A DNA stretch of 64,000 bases, from the IMG/VR virus record IMGVR_UViG_3300029288_000150, positions 11,220 through 75,219 of that record, one strand, 5' to 3'. The position numbers and the translations under genes are program-made. Position 1 is the first letter of the stretch. Each line of letters begins with the position of its first letter. The notes below the pieces were generated by a model. That model was given only the letters and a program-made list of their open reading frames with translations. It was not told the origin of the DNA and ran no database searches. The stretch comes from a virus (taxonomy: Duplodnaviria; Caudoviricetes). Of this stretch, positions 43,469-52,923 are shown in pieces.

Positions 43469-44929
43469 ATGGGAAGCCAAATTGTAGGGGGGGACATTGT
43501 CCTCTACACCAAGAGAGGCGTCGGGCCCGAATACGCTTTCGAGTACGAGGGCTGCGCCGAGTTTGACGACGCCGACCTGGCGCCGGGCGAGCTGACGCCC
43601 ATCACCTGCCGGTCAAACGCCGCCTACCGGGAAACCGTCGTGATCGACATCGCCCGGGGCGAGTCGGGAATGCCGTCCACGACCATCCGCCTGCTCCTGC
43701 GGCAGGCGCAATGGCTCATGGAGCAGGGCCGCGCCTGCCCCATGACCGTCGACTACCGCTTCGGGATGTGCGGCCGGCCGGACAATCCCGAGGACTGGAG
43801 CGAGATCCTGCGCTTCAACGGTGCCTACGTTCAGCCGGGCAGCGTCAACACCGGGGCCGGGCAGGCGGACAAGGTGCAGGTCTCGGCCAACGTGGGCGGC
43901 ATGACCTACACCATGCTCTACTCGCTCACCCTGGACGCCGTCGACGTGGGCGACCAGACCGCCGGGCTGGACGCCGTCCTGGTGGTCCCCAAGGCCGAGT
44001 GCTCGGGCGACTGCGGCCCGGGCTTTGGCGTGTGCGACTATGTGTTCGTCGCCACCGAGGGCGAGTACCTGACCACGGCGGAGGTCATCTACACCGCCGA
44101 CGGGGGCTCGACCTGGGAGGCCATGGCCGTCTCACCCTTCGCCGCCGGCGAGTCGATCTCGTGCATGGTCGGCGACGTGACCGGCTCGGCGACGGGCACG
44201 ACCATGCGCCTGGTGGTTTTCCGGGGCACCACGGACGGGGCCAACCCGGCCGAGTGCGCCATCACCACCGACTGGGGCGCCACCTGGGCGGCCGTCGAGA
44301 TCGGGGCGGTCAACGGCCAGTACGTGACCGCCGCCTTCCGCCGGGGCCGCAAGATCTGGGCCGGGTGTGACGACGGGTATCTCTACTACTCCGCCAACTT
44401 TGGCAACACCTGGGCCCTGCAATCGAGCGGCACCGTGACGGGGGCCATCAACTCGATCTGCATGTTCTCCGACTCGGTGGGCATGGCCGTGTGCGACGGG
44501 GACGAGGGCCTGGTCACGGCCGACGGCTCGACCTGGTCCGCCCTGGGGGACGTGGCCGACGGCTCGGATCCGGATCTCCTGTGCGTCTGGATGACGACCC
44601 AGTGGATCGCCTACTGCGGCACGGACGCGGGCACCGTCTACTACTCCCTGGACCGGGGTGTGACCTGGACCCTGCTCCAGACCCTGGGGACCGATCCCGT
44701 CCGCGACATCCAGTTCTGGACGGACACGACCGGCTACGTGCTGTACGGCAACACGGTCTATCGCACCGTGGATGCCGTGGAGTTCGTGGCCCAGACCACG
44801 CCCACGGCGGCGGTGCTGCGGGATCTGGACCTGTGCGGGCCCAACAGCGGCTGGGCCGTGGGGCAGACGTCGGCCAACGCGGATCTGGCCGTCCACTTCC
44901 AGCCCCAGCCGGCGACGCCGATCTACTAG
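43469..44929 (+). CDS. Probable major tail tube protein with C-terminal BNR/YCF48-like propeller
   Basis: AGGAGG RBS; position before chaperone-like genes and tape measure; repeats YTADGGSTW, TTDWGATW, SANFGNTW, TADGSTW, SLDRGVTW. Confidence 0.55.
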   Translation: MGSQIVGGDIVLYTKRGVGPEYAFEYEGCAEFDDADLAPGELTPITCRSNAAYRETVVIDIARGESGMPSTTIRLLLRQAQWLMEQGRACPMTVDYRFGMCGRPDNPEDWSEILRFNGAYVQPGSVNTGAGQADKVQVSANVGGMTYTMLYSLTLDAVDVGDQTAGLDAVLVVPKAECSGDCGPGFGVCDYVFVATEGEYLTTAEVIYTADGGSTWEAMAVSPFAAGESISCMVGDVTGSATGTTMRLVVFRGTTDGANPAECAITTDWGATWAAVEIGAVNGQYVTAAFRRGRKIWAGCDDGYLYYSANFGNTWALQSSGTVTGAINSICMFSDSVGMAVCDGDEGLVTADGSTWSALGDVADGSDPDLLCVWMTTQWIAYCGTDAGTVYYSLDRGVTWTLLQTLGTDPVRDIQFWTDTTGYVLYGNTVYRTVDAVEFVAQTTPTAAVLRDLDLCGPNSGWAVGQTSANADLAVHFQPQPATPIY

Positions 44930-44932
44930 GCC

Positions 44933-45664
44933 GTGAGGGTCGCGCTACCCTGCGGGGTGAGTCTGGAGGTTTCGGGGGCGCCGCCACTCAAACGTGCCGC
45001 CGTCCTGGCGGCGTTCCCGTTGCCCGAACCGCCGTCGGTTCGCATCCGGCGGGCCGACGGCGGCTTCGACCTGTGGCCCGACCGCGAGGATCCGGCCTAC
45101 AGGGCGGCCCTGTGGGAAGCCTACAAGGCCCGCGAGGCGGCCCTGTGGCGGTTCTACCTCCTGGAGTGCCTGCCGGGCCTGGAGGTGCCCGCCGGCGATG
45201 CCTGGCGGGCTGACCTGTCGGCCCTGGGGATCAAGCCCCGGGCGGGGGAGGCCGGGCGGCGGCTGGACTTTTGCGAGTTCTGCATCCTCCAGACCCAGGC
45301 GGACGTCGACGCCCTGCGGGACGCCTTCCGCCGGGCCAACGAGGGCGAGCCGGCCGACCGCGAGGCGGCCGAGGCGTGGTTCGGGCTTACGTGGAACGGG
45401 ACTCCCATCCGCGAGGCGGCGGATCGGCTGAAAAAGGGCAAGCTGGCCTTCGCCCCGGGCTGGGCCCAGTACCAGGCGGCCCTGGCGGCGCGGCTCCTGC
45501 CCTTCCACGAGGAGGAGATCCCGCCGGCCCTGCGGGCGCGGCTGGGGCTCCTGTACTACGACCTGCCGCCGGCCCTGCGGGCGCGGCTCGAGGTCGGTTA
45601 CGAGTTGGACGTGTTGGTCCGCGCCCTGGCGGCGGACGACGTGCGGAGGCAATACGACAGATGA
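44933..45664 (+). CDS. Tail assembly chaperone-like protein 1
   Basis: Position; paralogous to next ORF (AVLAAFPLPEPP vs AVLEAHPLPRRP). Confidence 0.45.
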   Translation: MRVALPCGVSLEVSGAPPLKRAAVLAAFPLPEPPSVRIRRADGGFDLWPDREDPAYRAALWEAYKAREAALWRFYLLECLPGLEVPAGDAWRADLSALGIKPRAGEAGRRLDFCEFCILQTQADVDALRDAFRRANEGEPADREAAEAWFGLTWNGTPIREAADRLKKGKLAFAPGWAQYQAALAARLLPFHEEEIPPALRARLGLLYYDLPPALRARLEVGYELDVLVRALAADDVRRQYDR

Positions 45665-46179
45665 GCGATTGGACGGCGGACACCATCCCGGTCCAGCAGG
45701 TCTCCCGCCTGCTGGTCGAGGCGGTCCTGGAGGCCCACCCCCTGCCCCGGCGGCCCGACTTTGACGGGGCGCCCCTCACCCTGGAGCGCCTGGAGGACAA
45801 GAAAAGCTGGCCCAACGGCGGCCGGCAGCGCAAGGCCCGGGCCGCCTGGGAGCGGTTCGTGGCCGAGGCAAACGAGGCCGCCGAGCGGCGAAACGACGCC
45901 CTGTTCCGGCTGCTGATGGCCCGGGGCGTGGCCCTGGAGGTGCCGCCCCTGGAGACGTGGGGCGCGGACCTGGCCGAGGCGGGGATCGCGGACGGGACGG
46001 TCTCGGCCTCGACCCTCAAGCTCCTGTATCTCGATCACATTTTGCCCTCGCCCGACGACAAGCTGGCGCTCCTGGTGCGGGCCATGGAGGCCAGCGGGCT
46101 GCAGGCGGCGGCGGTTGACGCCGTGCGGGACCTGTTCCGCCAGGCGCTGGCTGCGGCCAAGGCTACGGGCCGGGCGTGA
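45661..46179 (+). CDS. Tail assembly chaperone-like protein 2
   Basis: ATGA overlap; paralog of upstream ORF. Confidence 0.45.
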   Translation: MSDWTADTIPVQQVSRLLVEAVLEAHPLPRRPDFDGAPLTLERLEDKKSWPNGGRQRKARAAWERFVAEANEAAERRNDALFRLLMARGVALEVPPLETWGADLAEAGIADGTVSASTLKLLYLDHILPSPDDKLALLVRAMEASGLQAAAVDAVRDLFRQALAAAKATGRA

Positions 46180-46183
46180 GGTG

Positions 46184-47206
46184 TTACACGCCTACTGGTT
46201 CGGGGATTAGGTAGGGCTGGACGGCAATCGAGCCCGCGTCCGCCTTGCGGTGGCAGGATGAGCAGAGGCAAATCAGGTTAGAGAGGCGATTCGCTTGACG
46301 GTAGTTTTCATTCTCGCCAGGTATATAGCCGAACTCACGAAACGGCTTGATGTGGTGAACGTCCATCGCTCGCCTGTTGCCGCGCTGCTTCTTGCCGCAA
46401 TGCTGGCAGCGGTTCTTGTCTCGCTTGCGGGCGCGTTGGCGCTGCGCCTCCCAGTTGGGGCCGTAATAATAAAGCTCACCGCCCTTCCAATTGGGGTGAG
46501 CCTCGCCCACCTGGTTCTCAGCCTGCCATCGGCCATGGCACTCCTGGTTGCAGAAAAAACGGCGGGTCCGATTCTCGATCTCCGAACGGATGCGCTCAAG
46601 AGGCTTGCCGCAAGTAGCACAATACACCGTGACCTTGCCGCCGGTCCACCGCAGGGCTTCCTTGCCCGTCAAGTGCTCGGATTGCCAGCGACCATAACAC
46701 GTCCTGCTGCAAAACCTTTGCCCGCTGGAAGGGCGGGCCTCGAAGGGCTCTCCGCACGCATCACAGCGGGATACAACCGGCCCGCCGTTCCATCCCGGCG
46801 CCTTTACGCCGCGCCAGTTGGCCGACTTCCAGGCGGTGAAGCAGGCCCGAGAACAGAAGCGGCGCCCCTTCTCGGCTTGACCGGGCGTTACATCAAAAGA
46901 CGTGCCGCATTGTTCACAGGTGAGCGTGACACGGGCAACCGGCGCCCAGTATTCGCGGTTCTTTTGCTGCCATTCGTAAAAGCAGGCACGGTCACAAAAC
47001 GCCTGCTTCCTGTATCGGAAGTGATTGGGGCAGACATCCAGGGGCTTGCCGCAGTTGGCACACTCGATAGCGATCCGCTGCCAGATGTTGTCATGGCGCC
47101 AGGCAGAGTAACACGCCATGCTGCAAAATGCCTTATTACCCCTGCGGTTACTGGGGCGGGTCTGAAATGATTGGCCGCATTGTTCGCAAGTCAACTCGAT
47201 CTTCAT
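46184..47206 (-). CDS. HNH homing endonuclease with five CxxC...FCxxxC zinc-finger repeats
   Basis: RDKNRCQHCG, DVHHIKPF, NLICLCSSCH; antisense to tail operon; lower GC by eye. Confidence 0.88.
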   Translation of the reverse strand: MKIELTCEQCGQSFQTRPSNRRGNKAFCSMACYSAWRHDNIWQRIAIECANCGKPLDVCPNHFRYRKQAFCDRACFYEWQQKNREYWAPVARVTLTCEQCGTSFDVTPGQAEKGRRFCSRACFTAWKSANWRGVKAPGWNGGPVVSRCDACGEPFEARPSSGQRFCSRTCYGRWQSEHLTGKEALRWTGGKVTVYCATCGKPLERIRSEIENRTRRFFCNQECHGRWQAENQVGEAHPNWKGGELYYYGPNWEAQRQRARKRDKNRCQHCGKKQRGNRRAMDVHHIKPFREFGYIPGENENYRQANRLSNLICLCSSCHRKADAGSIAVQPYLIPEPVGV

Positions 47207-47212
47207 GCGTCT

Positions 47213-47241
47213 ATTGTAGCACAATAGTCCGCAATAGTCAA
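47213..47241 (-). promoter_or_regulatory. Promoter for leaderless HNH transcript
   Basis: TTGACT-17bp-TACAAT then 6 nt then ATG 47206; no RBS. Confidence 0.7.
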
Positions 47242-47262
47242 GGGGTGCAAGGGTAAATCGCC

Positions 47263-50200
47263 ATGGCGCTCCAAATGTCGGCCGCAGAGTTTCTCGGGAT
47301 CGCCGCCATATGTGATACGTCCCAATTTGATGAGGGGCTCCGTACCTACATCGCCGGCCTGCGGCAGATGGAGTCCGAGACCGACAAGAAGACCGGCGAG
47401 GTCGGCAAAAAAACCGACGAGATGGCCCGCAAGCAGGCCGCCGCCCTGAAAGAAGTCGGCCTGGCCTTCTCCGCCGTGGGCGCCGCCGGGACGGCCCTCC
47501 TGACGTCCATGGCCTTGACGGCCAGCCGGGCCGAGGAGTTGGGCGTCATCCTGGACGTGACGGCCACCAACGCCCAACGCCTGGCGACCCAGGAGGCCGC
47601 CGCGGCCCGGGAGGCCGGCGACTTTGCCGCCGCCGCCGCGGCAACGGCCCGGGCCTCGTCCATCACCGGGCAGGCGGTCAATGAGCAGGTAAAGGCCGTC
47701 AAGGAGCTGGGCATCACCACGGCCGTGGCCAACAAGACCGTGGCGCAGCTCATCCGCTACAACCTCGATTGGAAACAGTCCACCGACCTGGCCCGCCTCG
47801 CCCAGGACGCCGCCACGTTCGCCGCCCAGGACTCCAGCCAGGCCCTGGACGGCCTGATCCACGGCATCACATCCCTTAACCCCCGGGTGCTCAGGACCTA
47901 CGGCATCCTGGTCAACCTGGAGCAGGAATACAGCAAGTTCGCCCGGGCCAACGACCGGACGGCCACCAGCCTGACCGACCTGGAGAAACAGCAGATCGCC
48001 TTTAACGCCGTCCTCCGCCAGGCGCCGGCCATCGCGGGCGCCTACGAGGCGGCCATGGACACCGCCTCCAAGCAGCTCCGCTCCCTGCCCCGCGACATCT
48101 CCGAGGCGGCGGAGGCGTTCGGCGGGCACCTGACGCCCATGCTCAACTCGGCCGTGGGCGCCCTGCGGGACCTGCTCCACTGGCTGGCCGACCTGCCCCA
48201 GCCCGTCCAGGAGACGGCGACCCAGATGCTGGCCTTCGGCACCGCCGTTACGACCCTGGCGGGCGGGGCGGCCCTGGCGGTGCCCAAGATCCAGAAGCTG
48301 GTCCAGGCCATGCGCGATCTGGCCATCGTCCAGCAGCTCGCCTCGGCCGGGATGCTCGGGCCCGCAGGCCTGGTGGCCGGGCTGGCCCTGGCGGCGGGGG
48401 CGGTGTTGCTCTACCAGAAAAACCTCCAGGACGCCCACCAGGAGGAGGCGGCGGCCCTGGCCGAGGCGGCCGAGAACTACACGGTCTATACCCGCAAGCT
48501 CGACGAGGCGGGCCTGTCGGCCTACGGCCTGACCGAGGCCCTGTATAAGCTGGTCAAGGCCCAGGAGGCCAGCGCCCAGGCGGCCTACGCCGAGAGGCTG
48601 GCCCGGGCCCGCGACAGCCTGGAGGGCCTGGTCTACGCCGCGACCAACGCCACGGAGCGGACGGGCGAGTTCTGGGAGGAGGTCGAGGCCCTGCGGGGGC
48701 CGCTGTCCGATGCGGAGTTGACCGTCCTGGCCGACCGGGACGCCGTCCTGGAATTGTACAGCGCCCTGGGCCTGGAGGGCGAGCGCCTCATCGAAAACAC
48801 GCGCCTGACCAACGCCTGGGCCATCTCCAAGAAGACGGCGGCCCAGGCGGCCCAGAACGAGGCCGAGTTCGAGCACCGCCGCTGGCAGGAGCTCCAAAAG
48901 ATCCAGTCGGGCGTGACCCGCGTCACCGCCCAGGGCACCGACGCCCTGCGGGAGCGGGCGGACTGGGAGCAGATCGTGGCCGACCGGGAGAAGGCCCGCT
49001 TCCAGATCCTGGTGGACCTGGCCCAGGCCGAAAAGGAATATGCCGACGCCGTGGAGGACGCCACGGCCGCCGCGGCCCGGCAGATGGTCGAGGCCGAGGA
49101 CCAGGCGGCCGCAGCCCGGGAGTCGGCCCGCGAGGAGCTGACCGGCGCCCTGACCGACCTGGAGGAGGACCACGCCGACCGGGTGGCGGACATCTACGGC
49201 GACATCGCCGGCGTGGCCCGCGACCTGGCCCGGGACATCGTCGAGGCCGAGCAGAAAGCCGCCCGGGAGCGGGAGGCCATCGCCCGGGAGATGGCCGAGG
49301 CCATAGCCGACGCCGAGCGGGACCTGGCCCAGGATCGGGAGGATGCCGCCCGGGACCTGGCCCGCGACCTGGAGGACATCGAGCGCAAGGCGGCCGAGGA
49401 CCTGGCCGACCTGGAGCGCGACCTGGCCCAGGATCGCGAGGACGCCGCCCGCGACCTGGCCCAGGAGCGGGAGGACCTGGCCCGCGACCTGGCCCGCGAC
49501 CTGGAGGACATCGAGCGCAAGCACAACGACAAAATTGAGGACCTGCGCCTCAAGCACCTCCAGGAGCTCGAGGACCTGCAGGCGGAGCACGGCGAGCGGC
49601 TGGCCGACATCGAGGAACGCTACGCCCAGGAGCGGGCCGACATCGAGCAGAAATACAGCCTGGAGCCCCCCGAGCCCGACTTTGACGAGCGCCGCGAGGA
49701 CCTCATGGAGGAGCTGCGCCGGCTGGAGGAGTTGGCGGCATCGGGCACGGGCATCTGGTACGGCGCCGACATCGACCAGGTCAAGAAACAACTGGAGGAG
49801 CTCAAAAAGGAGGAGCTGGCCGCCCTGGAGGAGCGCAAAAAGGAGGAGCTCGAGGCCCTGGAAGCCTGGCTCGCCGAGGAGCAGGGCGTCCGGGAGGCCG
49901 CCTACCAGGAGGCCCTGGAAGCCGAGGAGGCCGCCTACCAGGAGCAGCAGGACGCCCGCCAACGCCAATACGAGCAGGACCTGGCGGACCTGGCCCTCGA
50001 GCACCAGCGGGAGCTCGAGGAGATCCAGCGCCAGCACGACCGGGAGCTGGCGGAGTTGGCCCTCAAGAACGAGCGGGCCCGGGCCGAGCGCCAGCGGGCC
50101 TACGAGCAGACCCTCCAGGACCTGGCCGTCCAGCACGAGCGGGAGCGGGCCGAGATCGCCCGGCGCAACGCCGAGGCGCTGGCGGACCTGGACGCGCAAT

Positions 50201-50868
50201 TGGCGGAGGAGAAGGCACGACTTGAGCAAAGCGCGGCGGAGCAAGCGGCAAGGCTGGCGGAACAACTGGCAACGGAGCAGGCCAACTACCTGGAGAGGCG
50301 CGGCGAGCTCGCGGCTCATTACGACGAGCAGTTGGCAGAGATCGACGCGGCACTGGCTGAGGAGGTGGAGAAAATACAACTCGGCCTAGCCGAGGAACTG
50401 GCCGAAATCATCCGCAGCCTGGGGGAGCAGTCCCGGGCGTTCCGCGACGCCTACGCCGAGCAGCTCCGGGACCTGGAGACCTACCTGGCCGACCGCCTGG
50501 CCCGCGAGCGGGCCTACCAGGACGACCTGGCCGGGATGTGGGAGGCGCACAGCCCGTCCCGCTGGATGCAGCGCCTGGCCCGGGACATCCTGACCGGCTT
50601 CGAGGAGCCCTTCCAGGGCCAGCCCCTGACGTCGGGGCTGGGCTCCGCCCTGGAGGGCTTCCAGTCCGCCCTGGGGGACCTGGGGGGCGGGGCGGCGTAC
50701 CGCCCGCCGGCCGTGGCCCCGCCCGTCGTCTCGCGGAGCGTGTCCACCCAGACGTCCAACACCATCAACCTGGAGGCCCATTACGCCCGCGGCCGCTCCG
50801 AGTCCAGCCTCCGGGATGACGTGGCGCTCCTGCAGATGACCATGGATAGCCAGGTGCCGAGGTATTAA
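47263..50868 (+). CDS. Tape measure protein
   Basis: 1201 aa Ala/Glu/Leu-rich helical protein with 11-aa repeats (ERDLAQDREDA/ARDLARDLEDI), C-terminal HSPSRW motif. Confidence 0.9.
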   Translation: MALQMSAAEFLGIAAICDTSQFDEGLRTYIAGLRQMESETDKKTGEVGKKTDEMARKQAAALKEVGLAFSAVGAAGTALLTSMALTASRAEELGVILDVTATNAQRLATQEAAAAREAGDFAAAAAATARASSITGQAVNEQVKAVKELGITTAVANKTVAQLIRYNLDWKQSTDLARLAQDAATFAAQDSSQALDGLIHGITSLNPRVLRTYGILVNLEQEYSKFARANDRTATSLTDLEKQQIAFNAVLRQAPAIAGAYEAAMDTASKQLRSLPRDISEAAEAFGGHLTPMLNSAVGALRDLLHWLADLPQPVQETATQMLAFGTAVTTLAGGAALAVPKIQKLVQAMRDLAIVQQLASAGMLGPAGLVAGLALAAGAVLLYQKNLQDAHQEEAAALAEAAENYTVYTRKLDEAGLSAYGLTEALYKLVKAQEASAQAAYAERLARARDSLEGLVYAATNATERTGEFWEEVEALRGPLSDAELTVLADRDAVLELYSALGLEGERLIENTRLTNAWAISKKTAAQAAQNEAEFEHRRWQELQKIQSGVTRVTAQGTDALRERADWEQIVADREKARFQILVDLAQAEKEYADAVEDATAAAARQMVEAEDQAAAARESAREELTGALTDLEEDHADRVADIYGDIAGVARDLARDIVEAEQKAAREREAIAREMAEAIADAERDLAQDREDAARDLARDLEDIERKAAEDLADLERDLAQDREDAARDLAQEREDLARDLARDLEDIERKHNDKIEDLRLKHLQELEDLQAEHGERLADIEERYAQERADIEQKYSLEPPEPDFDERREDLMEELRRLEELAASGTGIWYGADIDQVKKQLEELKKEELAALEERKKEELEALEAWLAEEQGVREAAYQEALEAEEAAYQEQQDARQRQYEQDLADLALEHQRELEEIQRQHDRELAELALKNERARAERQRAYEQTLQDLAVQHERERAEIARRNAEALADLDAQLAEEKARLEQSAAEQAARLAEQLATEQANYLERRGELAAHYDEQLAEIDAALAEEVEKIQLGLAEELAEIIRSLGEQSRAFRDAYAEQLRDLETYLADRLARERAYQDDLAGMWEAHSPSRWMQRLARDILTGFEEPFQGQPLTSGLGSALEGFQSALGDLGGGAAYRPPAVAPPVVSRSVSTQTSNTINLEAHYARGRSESSLRDDVALLQMTMDSQVPRY

Positions 50869-50869
50869 C

Positions 50870-51781
50870 ATGCTGCCCGTCGCAGAGATCGAGCTAGAGG
50901 ACGCCTGGGGGACGGTGTTCCCCCTGGAATGGCCTGACCGCCACCTGACCGAGATCACCGGCCTGGGGCTGCCGCCCGTGGTCCACTGGACGACCCGCAG
51001 CCCGTTCCAGCACGGCCGGACGCACTGGTCCTACACCGTCCAGCCCCGGGTCGTCAATATCGGCCTGTTTATGCGCGGCTGCGGTCGCCTGGGCTACTGG
51101 CAGGCCCGGGCGGCGGCGGCGACCATGCTCAACCCCGAGAATGGCCCCCACAAGCTCCGCCTGACCTATCCCGATGGGGAGACGTTCGAGCTGCACGACG
51201 GCTGGGTCAACGGCGACTTTGGCCTGTCCAGCCAGCAGGCGACCTACTCGACCCAGGCCGGGGCCCTGCAGATGGTATTTTACAGCCCCTTCTGGAAGTG
51301 GATCACCTCGCCCCTGGCCGCCGGGCAGACGCGGGACGACGAGGGCCGGACGTGCGTGGAAACGTCGACCATCGCCGCCGTGGCCCAGCTCGCCCTGCCG
51401 TTCGTGGGGCCGTTCCTCCTGGGCACCACGGCCGGCACGGCGACGCTGGCGGCGACCAACGGCGGCGGGGCGGCGGTCAAGCCGGTCATTTCCCTGGAGG
51501 GGCCGGCCGAGGACTGGACGCTGACCAACCCGGCCAACGGCCACCAGCTCACCTGGGACGGCTACGCCATCGCCGCCGGGGAGGTGGTGACCATCGACGT
51601 CCCGGCCAAGACCATCACCAACGGGGCGGGCACGGACTTGAGCGCCTACGCCCAGGGCAACACCGGGACGTTCGCCCTGCAGCCGGGGGCCAACGCCCTG
51701 GCGTTCTACGGCGCCGGGGGCGTGGTCAACGGCGTCACAACCCTGTCTGTCTGCTGGTACGTCGAGGTGATCGGGGTATAG
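50870..51781 (+). CDS. Distal tail protein (Dit-like)
   Basis: Follows TMP; GLGLPPV, QPRVVNIG, NGGGAAVKPVISLEGP, VTIDVPAKTI, FALQPGANAL. Confidence 0.8.
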   Translation: MLPVAEIELEDAWGTVFPLEWPDRHLTEITGLGLPPVVHWTTRSPFQHGRTHWSYTVQPRVVNIGLFMRGCGRLGYWQARAAAATMLNPENGPHKLRLTYPDGETFELHDGWVNGDFGLSSQQATYSTQAGALQMVFYSPFWKWITSPLAAGQTRDDEGRTCVETSTIAAVAQLALPFVGPFLLGTTAGTATLAATNGGGAAVKPVISLEGPAEDWTLTNPANGHQLTWDGYAIAAGEVVTIDVPAKTITNGAGTDLSAYAQGNTGTFALQPGANALAFYGAGGVVNGVTTLSVCWYVEVIGV

Positions 51782-51783
51782 CC

Positions 51784-52923
51784 ATGGCGCAAAGATCGTT
51801 CTTCTGGGATGGGGCCAGTTTGGGGGACGCCGGGGCGCTGACGGTCCACGACGCGGCGGGCATCGGCTACGCCCTGGCCAACGTCAATTACGAGTCGCTC
51901 CTGGTGGACGTCGCCTTCCGTATGCTCTGGAACGGGGACGGCAACCGGGGGGTGCTGCGCGGCTGGGGCAACGAGCTGGAGGTGACCGGCGCCGCGACGC
52001 CCGTTCAGGTGGACACGGGCGGGGCGGTGGTCTACGGGATGCCCTACGAGAGCCAGGTGGCGGTCAACGTCGCCGTGCCGACCCCGGTCAACGACACCCG
52101 CCACGACCGGCTGGTGCTCCGCCGGGACTGGACGGCCCAGACGGTGCGGATCACGCGCCTCCCGGGCGCCGAGGGCGGGGGCCTGCCGGCCCTGACCCAG
52201 AGCCCGGCGCCGGCCGGATCGGGGGTGTACGACGTGCCCCTGGCGGCCCTGGAGGTGACGACGGGCGGGGCCATCGCCGTCACCGACGAGCGGGAGTTCT
52301 GCGCCTACGGCACGTCACCCGGGACCGATTCCTTTGCCGAGGCTAACCTCCAGGACGACTCCATAGACCTGAACGACCGGGCGACGCGCACCCGGCGCTG
52401 GTTCGTGGGGGCCGGGGACATGGCGCCCCTCCTGGCCGCCGCCCAGTTCTTCACCTCGGGCACCACCATCACCGCCACCGGGACGGCGGGCTGGGGCGGC
52501 GGGGGCAACGTCCAGGGCTGGCAACTCACCGGCTCGGCCTACGAGGGAGCCATCGCCACCCTGACCACGCCGCCGCCCGGCTGGGCCGCGGGCAACGTCC
52601 TGAGCTATATCTGGTGGGCGGCCAACAGCAGCCTGACGCCGTCCTTTGCCATCGGTTCGGCCCTCCAGGGCTACAGCCGCCATGTGCTCTATACGCATTT
52701 CGGAGCGTGGCACCCGCGCTATGCCACCTCGTCCGTCTGGGAGACGGACGCCATCGTGGCCAATACCTGGTATCGGACCCAGGGCGCGACCATCCCCGAG
52801 GTGGCGTTTACCTACTATCGACCCACAGAGGTGATCCACTACCTGGCCTACTGGTACAACGCCGCCGGGGCCGAGGACATCAACTTGCTGGGCGTCGAGT
52901 TCGTGTATACGGGGTACGTCTAA
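51784..52923 (+). CDS. Minor tail/baseplate protein, paralog A1
   Basis: MAQRSFFWD, NRGVLRGW..LEV, YDVPLA shared with next two ORFs. Confidence 0.7.
   Translation: MAQRSFFWDGASLGDAGALTVHDAAGIGYALANVNYESLLVDVAFRMLWNGDGNRGVLRGWGNELEVTGAATPVQVDTGGAVVYGMPYESQVAVNVAVPTPVNDTRHDRLVLRRDWTAQTVRITRLPGAEGGGLPALTQSPAPAGSGVYDVPLAALEVTTGGAIAVTDEREFCAYGTSPGTDSFAEANLQDDSIDLNDRATRTRRWFVGAGDMAPLLAAAQFFTSGTTITATGTAGWGGGGNVQGWQLTGSAYEGAIATLTTPPPGWAAGNVLSYIWWAANSSLTPSFAIGSALQGYSRHVLYTHFGAWHPRYATSSVWETDAIVANTWYRTQGATIPEVAFTYYRPTEVIHYLAYWYNAAGAEDINLLGVEFVYTGYV

Noticed and set aside
44933-46179. Programmed -1 frameshift between tail chaperone genes
   Set aside because: No XXXYYYZ slippery heptamer found near the first stop; the second ORF has its own ATGA-coupled start and is a paralog
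49250-49520. Tandem DNA repeats resembling an array
   Set aside because: They encode the 11-aa tape-measure repeat; no unique spacers and no cas genes, so not CRISPR
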